64,000 nucleotides of DNA, taken from the NCBI RefSeq assembly GCF_009834535.1, contig NC_045696.1, positions 34,970,001 through 35,034,000 of the forward strand, read 5' to 3'. Numbering within the stretch: position 1 is the first letter of the stretch; each line of letters opens with the position of its first letter. Shown here in pieces: positions 27,178-39,029 of the stretch. Both the position numbers and the translations under genes were made by a program. The notes beneath the pieces were generated by a model. That model was not told the DNA's origin. It saw nothing but the letters and a program-made list of their open reading frames with translations, and did not search any database. The stretch comes from Camelus ferus. Lineage: Eukaryota.

Positions 27178-28052
27178 AAAAACAACGAGATACCACTACT
27201 TGCTTATTAGAATGACCAAAATCTAGAACACAGACAAAACCAAATGCTGGCGAAGATGTGGAGCAACAGAAACTCTAATGTATTGTTGGTGGGAGTGCAC
27301 AATCATGCAGCCACTTTCAAAGACAGTTTGGTGGTTTCTCATTAAACTAGACATTCTCTCACCAAAAAATCCAGCAGTCATGCTCCTTGGTATTTAACTG
27401 AAAACTTATGTCTACACAAAAACCTTCACACTCACTTTTATAGCAGCTCTATTCATAATTGTCCAACTTGGAAGCAACCGAGATATCTGTCAGTGTCACT
27501 GGTGAATGAATAAAGTGGTACATCTCAACAATGGAATATAATTCAGCACTAAAAAGAAATGAGCCATGAAAAGACACAGGGGAATAAATGCATATTACTA
27601 AGTGAAAGAAGTCAATATGAAAAATGTACAAACCATATGATTCCAAGTATATGACATTCTGGAAAGGAAAAACTATGGAGTCTGTAAAAGGATCAGTGAT
27701 TTCCAGAGGTTAGGAGAGAGGCAGTGCTGAATTGGTGAAGCACAGAGGATTTTTTAGGACAGTGAAACTACCCTGTATGACACTATTATGATGGCTACAT
27801 GTCATTATATGTCTGTCCAATCCCACAGAATGTACAATACTAAGAGTGAAACCCAGTGTAAACTGGGTTTGGGGTGATTATGATGTGTCAGTGTAGGTTC
27901 ACCAATTACAGCAGATGTGCCCCTCTGGTGGACATGTTGATAATTCTGGAAGCTATGCATGTGTTGGGACAAGGATTGCATGAGAAGTCTCTGTACCTTC
28001 TTAATATTGCTGGGAATCTAAAACTGCTCTAAAAATAGATTCTATTAAAAAT
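27178..28052 (+). mobile_element. L1MC1-like LINE-1 3' end
   Basis: gagataccactac...caaatgctggcgaagatgtggagcaaca...gccatgaaaagacac...gcacagaggattttttaggacagtgaaac...aaaactgctctaaaaat. Confidence 0.9.
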
Positions 28053-28861
28053 TGCATACAGATTATCTACATTTTCTTCATTTACCCCTGACTAGATAAT
28101 TACCTAACATATTCCTTGCCAAGAAAGGTTTTTTGATTTGTTTTGTTTCAGAAACACTTTTTCCACTCTCAAAGTGCCTGAAGTTTTCACCATAGGAAAA
28201 TGTTCCTTTAAAATAGCCTTTATTTTTTAGCCAATATAAAGAAAAGTAAGAGAGGTGGATAATGTTAAGAAATTTAGAAATTTTACTCTAGTTTTTTATA
28301 AGTAATTTTCCACTTACTGTTTTATATACACCCAATTGGAACTCATTTGTTCTAAATACAAAATGCTAACTGTGATTTCACTTATTTGGAGCAGAATGTC
28401 ATATTCAGAATGCTATTTCAGGAATACATTGTTATTTCCCAAAGAAGTAATATGTTTCATTTAATTTTCATGTTGTGTGCTTGTACATATAATTAGAAGA
28501 AATTTAATCAGCTACAAATACCACCACAAAGAGGTCTGGGAACTTGGCTACTGGTAATTGGAATTGCTTTTCAACTGCAAATTGCTCACTTAGTGAAGGT
28601 TTCATTCACAGACCTTTTCTTAATACATTTCAAAACAACACTTGAAGTTCAATTTATTTTACTGATGCATACAATTTTTTTTGGATAGAAAAATAGGAAA
28701 TCGGTGGAAAATGATAAAAGTTATGCCTATTGGGAGTCACCGAAGCATGTCTGAAAACAAAAAGGCAACACACATGAAAAATCTAAATTTATTAGGAAGA
28801 ACTGGGGCCAGGAGTCGGGGTGGAGAATCTGTAATCAGAAGAGCCAAGATAAAAACTTATT

Positions 28862-29363
28862 TGTCTAAGTCAGTCTCCCAGATGAAAACAGATGGCAGAT
28901 GCTATTTTTAAGAAAAGCTTATAAAAATTATTTACAAAGATGTGGGCAGGATGCAGGGAAGTCACAAAGGGTAATGCCAAACGAGTGGGTGTATCAGCAG
29001 ATCTGTTACCACTTCTAAGCAGGGGAGGATGGGTGCAGAGAGGTACCAGTTACCGGAACCTAGTAGGAGACAATAGTATAGAAAGGGCTTCCTCGAGAGA
29101 AGCATTGACCTTTAGTTGAGGGATAGCCCCAGCACAGGGAAACCCTGCAGAGATGCAACTAGAGGAATAAACTCCATGTCCTCATCCTTCTCTCACGCTC
29201 CGATCACCTGTAGGATTTCCCATTGGCAGAATCAATAGGAAACCAGCAGAGTTGAAGGGAGTCTATTGATGTTGATTGTACAGTCAGCCTCCCAGGAGGA
29301 AAGAGCAGGGTGGAGGACGACTGGGAATGGATTTCAAGGAACAAGCAGAAGATACCTAGCAAA
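28862..29363 (-). mobile_element. LTR41/LTR33-like ERVL solo LTR
   Basis: gaaaacagatggca...tatttacaaagatgtgggcagg...cccattggc...cagcctcccagg...agagcagggtggag...gaagatacctagca. Confidence 0.75.
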
Positions 29364-29804
29364 TGTTTAACATAAAATAAACCCTCAACCACCTGTGTGG
29401 CCTCATAAGAATCAGGAAATCAGAACAGTAGAGACTAAAAGGTAGATGAAAATAAGCCAAGGCTAAATTTTTTTAACACTTCTTACCACTTGAAACTTGA
29501 TAACCCATTGAAAAGCCAGATAATACATATTGCATATCGTACATAAGATAAATACAAAGGTAAAGCGAAGATAAGATAGAGAACAAAATTGTTGAGTACA
29601 GAAAAGAAAATTGATTGCAAACATTTTTCTATACGGAAAATTAAGAGCTGCTATAGGCTTATATCACACATATGTTTGTCTGATAGTTAATTAATAGATA
29701 TTCTTGTAAGGTTTAATATTAATTTTTTTAATCTCCAAAAACATTTCATACATAAAAAGGCATGTGGTACAGATCAAAAGCCCTTGACACTAGGAGAAAG
29801 CTTT

Positions 29805-30190
29805 GCTTTTAATTGAGGTATTATTGATGTACAATGTTACATGTTTCAGGTATACAACATAGTGATTCACAATTTTTTAAATTATATTCCACTTATAGTT
29901 ATTATAAAATATTGGCTATATTTCCTGTGCTGTGCAAAATATCCTCATAGTTTATTTTATACATAGCTGTTTGTAGCTCTTAGACCCCCACACCCCTACC
30001 TTGTCCCTCCCCACCTTTCTCTCCCCACTGATAACTGCTAGTTTGTTCTCTGAATCTGTGGGTCTGTTTCTTTTTTTGTTATAGTCACTAGATGTTTGTA
30101 TTTTTTATATTCCACATATAAGTGATATCATACAATATTTGTCTTTCTCTGTCTAACTTATTTCACTTGGCATAATACCCTCCAAGTCAA
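29805..30190 (-). mobile_element. 5'-truncated L1 (L1MA9/artiodactyl type) with TSD
   Basis: ttttaattgaggta...tttcaggtatacaacatagtgattc...tccacatataagtgatatcataca; flanking direct repeat gagaaagcttt at 29794-29804 and 30195-30205. Confidence 0.9.
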
Positions 30191-31784
30191 GGGAGAGAAA
30201 GCTTTCTTTAAAAAGATGTTTAAGATATATTAATTCACGTGTTTAGTAATGTGTATTTTTTAAAGGATTTTGTGGTGGGGGGTGCACTTTCATTTCATTC
30301 TCAATGTGCACTTGAAATTGAAAAAATTAGTCATGTTGTGTAAAAAGCATCAAAGTTAATCATTCCCCTTGTTAAAAAAGAAAACTTCAACCATTTTCCT
30401 TTGGTTAAATAAATTCTACTGTTATCAACCACACATTCATTCTCTGAAAGGACACACAATCTAAAACTGATGCTGTTTTATTTTGGAATATATTGTGTTT
30501 TGTATTGCTTATCATGATTTGTAACGCAGCTGGTTTTCCCTTCAAAAAAAATGTTTAGATCGTACAAATGTTAACATATCTAACCATGAGGCAATAGCCC
30601 AGGGGCAGACACAAGGTCACTAGGGATTAAAAAGCCTTTCTGCAAAAAATCATAAAGTGTAAAATGGGTTTCCAGATAACTGAGAGTTAATGGTCTTTCT
30701 GTTTACTCAATGTAGGCAGGGCAGAGAAAAATCAAAGAAAAACCTCAAGAGGCACTGTTGGGTTCCATAAAGCTATTGGAAGTTGCAGATTTACACAAGG
30801 GATTCTGCAGGGTGAATGTTTAGAAAGTAGATTTCTCAGCATGTTCTGGCATGATAAGGGTTTTAAGGCAGATGGATATAATGTGAATATAATTAAACCC
30901 TTTTCAGATAATGGTATAACAATACTGTGTTCTCTAAGGGTAGGCAGAGCTGCGGCTCCCAGTACATTCATCCATTTATACCTACGTGTTCTATTCTATT
31001 CCAGGGTTTCATTAGGAACAATTTTCATGCATAACGTTCCCAAAACCTCACTTTATTGTTCTAATGTCACCAGAGCTTTAAATAAAGATCGACAGTGTTG
31101 AGGAGAAAAGGATGGGAGAGCCAAGGGAATGGAAAGGACTGGAGCAAGCGAAATGAAGGAGGAATTTTCAGGCAATATTTTTACATACACATTTTTATTA
31201 CAATTTTTTTTAAGAAAATGTTCAAAGTATCAGTGCATTTGAAGTCTCATAGGAGAGTTGAAATATTTATGGGGCCAAAAGAAAAAAAAACCCTAATTTT
31301 GCTTTGGTTTAGAAAGATTTTTATCCTCCTGCCATTCTTTCTGTGTATTAATCTTACTTGCTCTTCACTGGTTTGCCTTTTATTTGCCAGAAAAAGACAT
31401 TTATCCAAGTTCCTTTTTTACATTTCAAATTATGTAGACATTGAACAGTTGTCTTTATTTTTTAAATTACATAATGTCTATAAAACTAATTCTTATATAT
31501 TCTTATCTTCCTTAATTGCAAACATAAGCAATAAGCAAAAAGCATTTCAAACATTTAAAACTGAGAGAATTTTGCTCTTATCTCCTTGAAACCTTGTTAG
31601 TTCCTTTATTGACACTGAACTGAGATGAAGAATAAAAAGAGGTGCCTCTTCAAGGGGAGAGAAAGACTATTATTCACATTATAAAATAATAACTATATTT
31701 ACATTATAACATGGTATTATATATATTTATAGTTCCTATGTGGGAAATGTCAGTCTAGATAAAAATAAAAATGTGAGTGCACCT

Positions 31785-31905
31785 GAGGAATGACTAGGTC
31801 ATATTCATCTTCATATCCCTCTCTACATATTTCATTCCTAAATTCCCATCAAGACACTAGTCAATACATATTTGGTAAATAAATAAGTAAGTAAATAAAT
31901 GCAAA
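31785..31905 (+). mobile_element. L2 3' end
   Basis: gtcatattcatcttcatatccc...tcaatacatatttggtaaataaataagtaagtaaataaatg. Confidence 0.5.
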
Positions 31906-31937
31906 ATAGGATAGGCAACTGACTTAATAATTCTGTA

Positions 31938-31987
31938 GAAAAAGGAAGAAAGAAGGAAGGAAGGAAGAAAGAAAAGAGGAGGAAAGA
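31938..31987. repeat. Purine-rich (GGAA/GAAA)n repeat
   Basis: gaaaaaggaagaaagaaggaaggaaggaagaaagaaaagaggaggaaag. Confidence 0.85.
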
Positions 31988-33354
31988 GCTTAATCTGGGA
32001 CTTTTAGTTTGAGAAATAAGCAGAAACACTTACACATCCATGGATTATGTCATCAATCAGCTACAAGTCTTCAGTTCCTTTATTTATGACAAGAAAAAGT
32101 GCAGACCACTTGGGACTGGCCGGTGTGATAGAAAAAGGAACCACCTGAAGGATAAGACGCCTTGGCTTTGCCTTGTCCATTTGAACACAAATAAACCACA
32201 TATCATATTTGAAAGTCATTTTCCTTGTTAGGAAATTAAAGGTTAGACTATATAATTACCAAAATTTCCTTCTAGGTGTACCATTCAATAATTCTCAATG
32301 TAAACCAAAATACATGTATTTCTCTACAAAGGTAGTCTCAGAATGAGCAGTAGAATGTTCAGCGTTGCTTGCCATGACAGATTTATAAACCCAAAGTGTA
32401 ATTAAACAGGCCTTCTAGTCCACACACTAGAAGAGTGAGAGCCAGGCACAGCCAGCTCTTGTCGGGACACATCAGACACACAGAAAATCTCTTTGGTTTC
32501 TTGCCTCTGCAATCTTTTGGCTTTCTAAGTAGAAGCACTGGGCTACCACATGTAAGTAATCTATTCTTACACAAGTCAGCGTCTAAGATTGGATCAAACA
32601 AAAAACAATAGACAGGTGCCGGCCTCTTCTTCTGAAAGTATTCTCTTGTTTGTTTTATAATAGAAACAGATTTGTAAATGTTTAAAGATATTGGGAAATT
32701 ATAAAGAGATGAATCAAAGAACCGGAGATTTTGCGAAATGTTTAAAAAACCCCTGAAAACTGATGTGATAAAATTAAAGTAGGAAAAGACAGTCTTGAAT
32801 GCATAATAAAGAAAATTTGGGGGAAAGGTGGGAGTGACTTTGTGAGTGCTTACTGGGAAGAAGCAATGGTGCAGGGGATTGTTTCAGAAATTAAATTTAG
32901 AATAGTCACCCTGAGAGTTCTTTTTCCCTGACTTTCTTCTCTTAAACCCTTTTGTACCCAGCACTAGGCATTGTTTTCAGACTGAAGCTTTGAGTAAGAA
33001 GACAGGATGGAGGAGGCAGAGCCCTTCAGTCCTGTACGGTGGTGATCTGTAGGAGGAATGAACTCCTCCAATATCTAGAACATAATGCAGTAACAAACTG
33101 CTCTCAGGCCCACTTTCCCCAACCCCCAAAATTATGAGAGGAAGTTATAGTAAACACGAACATCACCGCAAACATTTGAAGAAAACTAACACAATGAATG
33201 ACAGGTATAAAATAGAAGAATCAGAATATTAAACATCCAAGCATTCAGCTACTACAACACAAAGAAAGAGAAATCTTTTGAAAGAAATATAATACACGTA
33301 TGCAAAGAGATAAAAGAAGATAATGCATTCTTGAAGCAAAGAGGTAGAAACAAA

Positions 33355-33958
33355 TGCAAACATAAAATTTTCAATTCACATTAATGGTATAAATTTCCCT
33401 ATTTAAAAACACATTTTTTGATTAGAAAAAAAATCTTACTATATATTGATAGCCCTGCCTAAAACAAAATGATAAGGTAAGGCTGAAAATAAACAGTTAA
33501 AATGATATGGGAAGGTGGGAGATTCTAATAGACTATGTAGGTATAGCAATTTTGTTAGATATTTCAGCCCCGAAGGCCTTAATAGGATAAGAATAAAAAT
33601 CCATAAAAGCATCTATCATTCATTAATCTGTATGGGTTTACCGTAATAAATTTAGATATATGCAGAAAGACCCAATAATAATGAGACATCTCATAATTAC
33701 AGGTTGAGAGTTAAGCACCTTTTTGAAAAATGAAATCTATAATCAACCAGACAAAACACAGCAGATTTAAATATCACACGTGAGATGTGTGAGCTTTATA
33801 GCCAATCAGCTAGTAAATACACTTCATTTTTAAAAACATTTGAAATCTTGTACAGCAACTTTAGTCAAAAGGGAAAATCAATAAATTAGAAAATGCCCAT
33901 AATTTCATAGGATATATTCCCTGATAACAATGTAATACATTTAGGAAAATTAACAACA
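33355..33958 (+). mobile_element. Old L1 ORF2 endonuclease-domain fragment
   Basis: attaatggtataaatttccctattta (NG.N.PI), cctaaaacaaaatgat...aggctgaaaataaa (LKQND..RLKIK), tattccctgataacaatg (FSDHN-like). Confidence 0.7.
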
Positions 33959-33959
33959 G

Positions 33960-34420
33960 AAGCAGAGCCATAGGACTTCTCAATGCTGAAACTTCATGCA
34001 GGAAGATAATGGAGTAATATTTTTAAAACTGTGAGAGGGACAAAACCCCCAACACCTCAATATTTATATTCTTCACATAAATGTGAAGGTAACATAAGTA
34101 AAATTCTCAGTCTTGCAAGGTCTCAGAAGTTTCACCATGTAAATATCATCTTGGACATCATTATTACAGGAAGCATATAAGAAAAAAAATCAGAAAAATG
34201 CTAAGACAAAGGAAAGTAAGAATGAGTAAGTTACTTTAAAAATTGTATCTATATCTATATACCCGCATGCTCCTCCAGAAATATATACCTTTAAATCTTT
34301 TTCTTTTTTATAACAATTAAATTTCAAACAGAATAGCACCAAGAAGGTGGAATAAGCAGAGCAAGGAATGCGATGAGAGGTAGTTGAGAAGTTAAGAAAT
34401 TTGAAGAGAAGTAAGTACAG
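33960..34420 (+). mobile_element. HAL1/L1M ORF1-like fragment
   Basis: gacttctcaa...aagataatggagtaatatttttaaaactgtgagag (DFS..R.WSNIFK..R), aaatgtgaaggtaacataa (KCEG.I), tgcaaggtctcagaagttt (QGLR.F). Confidence 0.65.
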
Positions 34421-34449
34421 TTTGGCCTTTTAATAAATCAAGTCATAAA

Positions 34450-34960
34450 TTTAATAACTGTTACTGTGTGTACCTACTGTCAGGCACTAGTTGAAGAGCT
34501 GGATATAAAACAGTGAACAAAATAATCTCTGACCCATAGAGCTAAGAGACAGGTAGAAAATAAGCAAATGAATGAATATATGATAAGAGGTCAAGTGGCA
34601 ATAAGTGTTCTGGAGAAAAATTAAAGATAGGAGAGGTCCTTTGGTAGAATGACATCGGCCCAGAAAACTGAAGAAAATAAATGAGTGAGGTGGTCACATG
34701 CAGGGTGAGAAAAGAGGATTTCAGCTAGAGGCAACTAGAGGCTCTGACCTGTGATCATGTTTGAAGTGTTTAAAGAAGAGCAGGGAGGTGATGTGGCAGG
34801 AGTGTAGTGAATCAGATGGAGATGGAAAAGATGAATTGAAGGAGAAACCAGATAATAATAATAATATACAACCTTTTCTCTGAAGGATATGAAAAAAACA
34901 CTGGAAAGTTTTGAGCAGATGAGTAACATAACCAATATCAGGATTGAAAAGAATCACCTG
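34450..34960 (-). mobile_element. L2 LINE 3' region
   Basis: tacctactgtcaggcact...aacagtgaacaaaa...aagtgttctggagaaaa...cactggaaagttttgagcag...aaaagaatcac. Confidence 0.85.
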
Positions 34961-34961
34961 A

Positions 34962-37900
34962 TTCAGAATTTCTGATCCTGACAAGATTGTGTAGACTTTT
35001 TTCCTGCTTCTCCCTCAGACACAACTATAAAACTAGCAAATGGGGCAAAAGACAACAAAATAAAAACTCTGACAACAGTTTGTAAGAAGAAAGTGAGCTG
35101 GTTTGGGACACCAAGACTGGAGGCACAACACAGCAGCCTAATGTCTTGCTTCCTCCCGCCTAATGAAATAAGGTGAGCCTGACTCTGCATTTCCTGATCC
35201 CTGACCTTGCAAAAGAAGGCTGGCCAAGTAGACTGACTCCTGTCTAGTAATGTCAGGTGAGTCTGACTTTGTTGGCAAGGAGAACCCATTAGGAAAACAC
35301 TTTCCTTTTCTGCCAAGCCAGAGAACACTTCCCTTTTTCATGAAAAGATACTACGGTGACAGGCTAACCCCATAAGAGGGACCCAGCTGCAGCATGCATT
35401 CTGGTCTGCGAAGCCTCTTTGTTCCCATGGGTCTGATACTCTCCTCCTTTGCTCAGAGATGGCAGAGCAGGTATGTAGGACAGGAAAAGGAGCAAAATCA
35501 CATTTTGTGGCCTGATGCAGAAAGCCTGGCTGTCTCCTCAGGGCTGAGATGCTTCTTTACCGCCTGGAGATAGTGAAGTGCGCAGGCAAAGCAACTGAAA
35601 CTGACCCAGTCCCTGAAACTGACCCAGTTCAAGAAACCTCTTTGTTCAGTAAAAGACATCTGGTCTATGCCTGATGGAACCAGTGAAAAGAAGTCAGTCA
35701 CAGTAAACTGACCAGTCCAGAGAGCTTCACTGTCTCTGCTGATTTGGAAATCTCAAGAGACACTGAGGCAGCCTGGACAGCACTGGTAGGGGGGTTTCAC
35801 CACATCCCTTCATCACCGAGGGACGCCTGGCATCCCACCTTGGGGAACCCTTCTGCCACTCAAGCAGCAGCAGCAGGGACCATGGGAGCCCCTGGTGGCA
35901 CTAGATAAACTAAGCAAACTGAAATAACACTGCAAAAGTGCTGAAAGCTAAGCTGCTTTGGGTACTAAGACCCACAAAAGTAGGCCAAGATCAAAACACT
36001 AACCCTAAACAAGGTGTCTGCCTCCTACAATAAAACATTTAAATAGGAACCAGAGTCTCCTAACATAACAAACTAAATGTCCAGGATACAATAGACAAAT
36101 CACCGATCAGACCATGTGTCAAGAAAATCACAACTTGAAAGGAAAAAAAAAATCAACTGAAGTCAAAATTGAGAGGGATCTGATATAGAAAATATCCTAC
36201 AAAGATTTTAAAGCAGGCTTTATAAAAATGCTTCAATAATCAATTGCAAATTCTCTTCAAACAAATGGAAAAATAGAAATATCTCAGTAAATAAACAGAA
36301 GTTAAAATAAAGAACCAAATGGAAATTATAAAACTGAAATATACAATAACAGAAATAAAAAATTCACTGGATAAGCTCAATAGTCAAGTGAAACGACAGA
36401 GGATAGACTCTGAACTTGAGGACAGATCAACAGAATTCCTCTGTTATTTACAACAAAGAAAACATTAAAAAAAAAAAAAGTAAGCAGGGTCTCAGGGCCC
36501 TTTGAGACAATAATAAAAGATACAGCATTTGTATCATGAGAGTCTCAGATGAAGAAAAGAAAGAAAGTTGTGTTGAAACAGTATTTAAAGGAATAATGGC
36601 TGAAAAAATCACATAAAACAAAGCTCAACAACTTTAAAAGATTAAAATGATATACACTGTGTTTCTAACAGAAATGAAGTCAAATTAGAAATCAATATCA
36701 GAAAAACAACAGAAAAATCTTTGAATGCATGAAAAATACCACACTTCTAAATAATCCATTGGAGGTCTCAAAGGATTAAAATAATTAGGCACAGCAAATT
36801 GAAATGAAATGAAAATGAAAACATAACCTATCAAAATACATGGAATGCAGCCAAAACAGTGCTGAGAGGGTAATTTATAGCGTTAAATATTTATGTTAAA
36901 AACAGGAAAAGTTCTTAAATAAGTGACCTAAATCCCATCACAAAGAAGTAGAAAAAGAAGAGAAAAATCCAAAGAAAGTAGGAGGGAGGAAATAATAGAT
37001 ATGAGTAGAAATTGAAGATATTAGAAAGAGGAAACAATAGAAAATATCAAAGAAACAAAAAGTAGTTTCTTCAAAAATAAATAATAAAATTGATAAAACT
37101 TTAATGAGGCTGATAAAAATGGAAAGATGGAAGACAAAGTCACCAATACCTGGAATGCAATAAGGATAACACTACAGATGTTAGGTCCATTAAAAATAAA
37201 ATAAGAAATATTACAAACAACTTTATACTCATACATTTGGCAAATTTCTAAAAGACCAAAAACTATCAAACTCAACCAAGATGAAACTAATAATCTGAAT
37301 AGCCCTATAACCAATTAAATAACTTGAATTTGTAATTTAAAAAGTATTTTGAGAAAAGTCTTTAGGCCAAGATGGTTTTACTGGAAAATTCTACGAAATA
37401 TTTAAAGAATTATCGCCAATTTTACACAAATCTTTTCCATAAAGTAGAATAAGAGGGAATGCTTCTAAGTTCACTTTAAAAGTCCATTATTATCCTGATA
37501 TCAAAACCAGAAAAGACATAGTACAAAAAGAGAAAAGTATAGAACTATATCTGACAAACTTAGACACAAAAATTCTGAACAGAATACTAGCAAACTGAAT
37601 ACAGTGATGTGTAAAAATAATTATATGCCAAACTAAGTGGGATTTCTTCCAAGGATGCAACGCTGAATCAACATTCAAAAAAATCAATCAATGTACACCG
37701 TCATATCCACAATCTTAGGAAAAAAATAGCATATGACAATATAAATCAATACAGAAATATGAGACAAAATCCAACACTCATTTATGAATACAAAAACCCA
37801 ACAACAACTCTCAGCTAGGTATAGAGAAGAATTACCTCAACTTGATAAAGGACATCTACAAAAAATCTACTGTGAACATTATACTTAACAACTAAAGACT

Positions 37901-38600
37901 GGAAGTTTTTCCCTATTACCAGGAACAAGGCAATCTTATCATGCTTTTTCTAAAACTTATATAGAAAAGCACATATCCTGGAAGAGATAAAACAATATTT
38001 AGTAAGAATATGGTAGGAGAAAATATTCTACTTTTTAATATTAAGGCTTACTCTATAGCTACCTAGTCAAGGTAGTGTGATATTGGTGGAGGGACGGTCA
38101 CAGAGATCAATGAAACAGAGAAAACAGTTCAGAAATAGATGCACAAAAATATCTTCACCTGATTTTTTATAAAGGTGCAAAAACAATTCCATGAGGGAAG
38201 TATAACCTTTTCAATAAATGATATTGAATTAATTGTACACCCGGAGGCAAAAACAAAACGAAACAAAACACCACCACAACAAAAAACAACCTTTGACCTA
38301 AACCTCACACTTTATACAAAAATTAACTAAAAATAGATCATAGTCTTAAATGTAAAATTAAAACTATAGAAGGTTTAAAAAAAAGTGGGAGAAAATCTTT
38401 AGAATCCAGGGCTAGGCAAAAAGTCCTTAGATATGACACCACAAGCATGATTCATCAGCAGGGAGAACTGACAAATTGGACCTTTTCAAAACTGAAAGTT
38501 TTTGCTCTGTGAAATCTCACGTGAAAAGGATCAGAAGACAAGCTACCAACTGGGAGAAAATATTTGCAAACCACATATCCAACAAAGGGCTAGAACCTAG
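34962..38600 (+). mobile_element. L1MD/L1MC-type LINE-1: 5'UTR, partial ORF1, ORF2 with two internal deletions, no 3' end
   Basis: 5'UTR start (caagattgtgtagac...cacaactataaaact); ORF1 (ttaaagcaggctttataaaaatgcttcaa, gaacttgaggacagatcaacagaa); ORF2 (gatggttttactggaaaattctac, ccaaggatgcaa...caacattc, tgggagaaaatatttgcaaaccacatatc). Confidence 0.9.
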
Positions 38601-38604
38601 TTTA

Positions 38605-38705
38605 GAAAAGTATTCCAGAGACTGAACCCCAGGATTCTTCAATGTTAGGCAGTTGGAGAGAGAATATAGGAACAAAACAGACCGAAGCAGAGTACCCAGT
38701 TAGGG
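38605..38705 (-). mobile_element. L2 fragment (probable continuation of 34450-34960)
   Basis: gagactgaaccccagg...caatgttagg...aaaacagaccgaagcagagtacccagttagg. Confidence 0.55.
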
Positions 38706-38769
38706 AGGGGGCTCCCTCTTGTGCTTATGATACAAAGGAAATCATATGTACCATGTCTTCCATTCTTGA

Positions 38770-38960
38770 GATTATGCCTTCTGTTTCTACTTAAACTAGT
38801 CATCTAGTGGATTACAGTAGTATGTTTTATGTGAAATCAACCTTGCATTTCTAACATAAACACAGCTTGGTCGTGAAGTGTTCTGTTGTTTTATATCGTG
38901 ATGAATTTTTAACATTGTTAAATCAATTTTTGTTAGTGAAACTGGCCATATGCTAAGCAG
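38770..38960 (-). mobile_element. Old L1 ORF2 fragment (pre-RT region)
   Basis: aatcaaccttgcatttctaacataaacacagcttggtcgtga = reverse of the HDQVGFIPGMQGWF region. Confidence 0.65.
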
Positions 38961-39029
38961 ACTTTTTCCCTGAGTTTTAGTATCCAATAAAACATCTGTG
39001 TAATGTTTATCCAATATTTATCCACTGAC

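Noticed and set aside
31095..31589. Longest ORF (164 aa)
   Set aside because: Non-ATG start, AT-driven F/L/I/K composition, no recognisable domain or splice structure; expected by chance.
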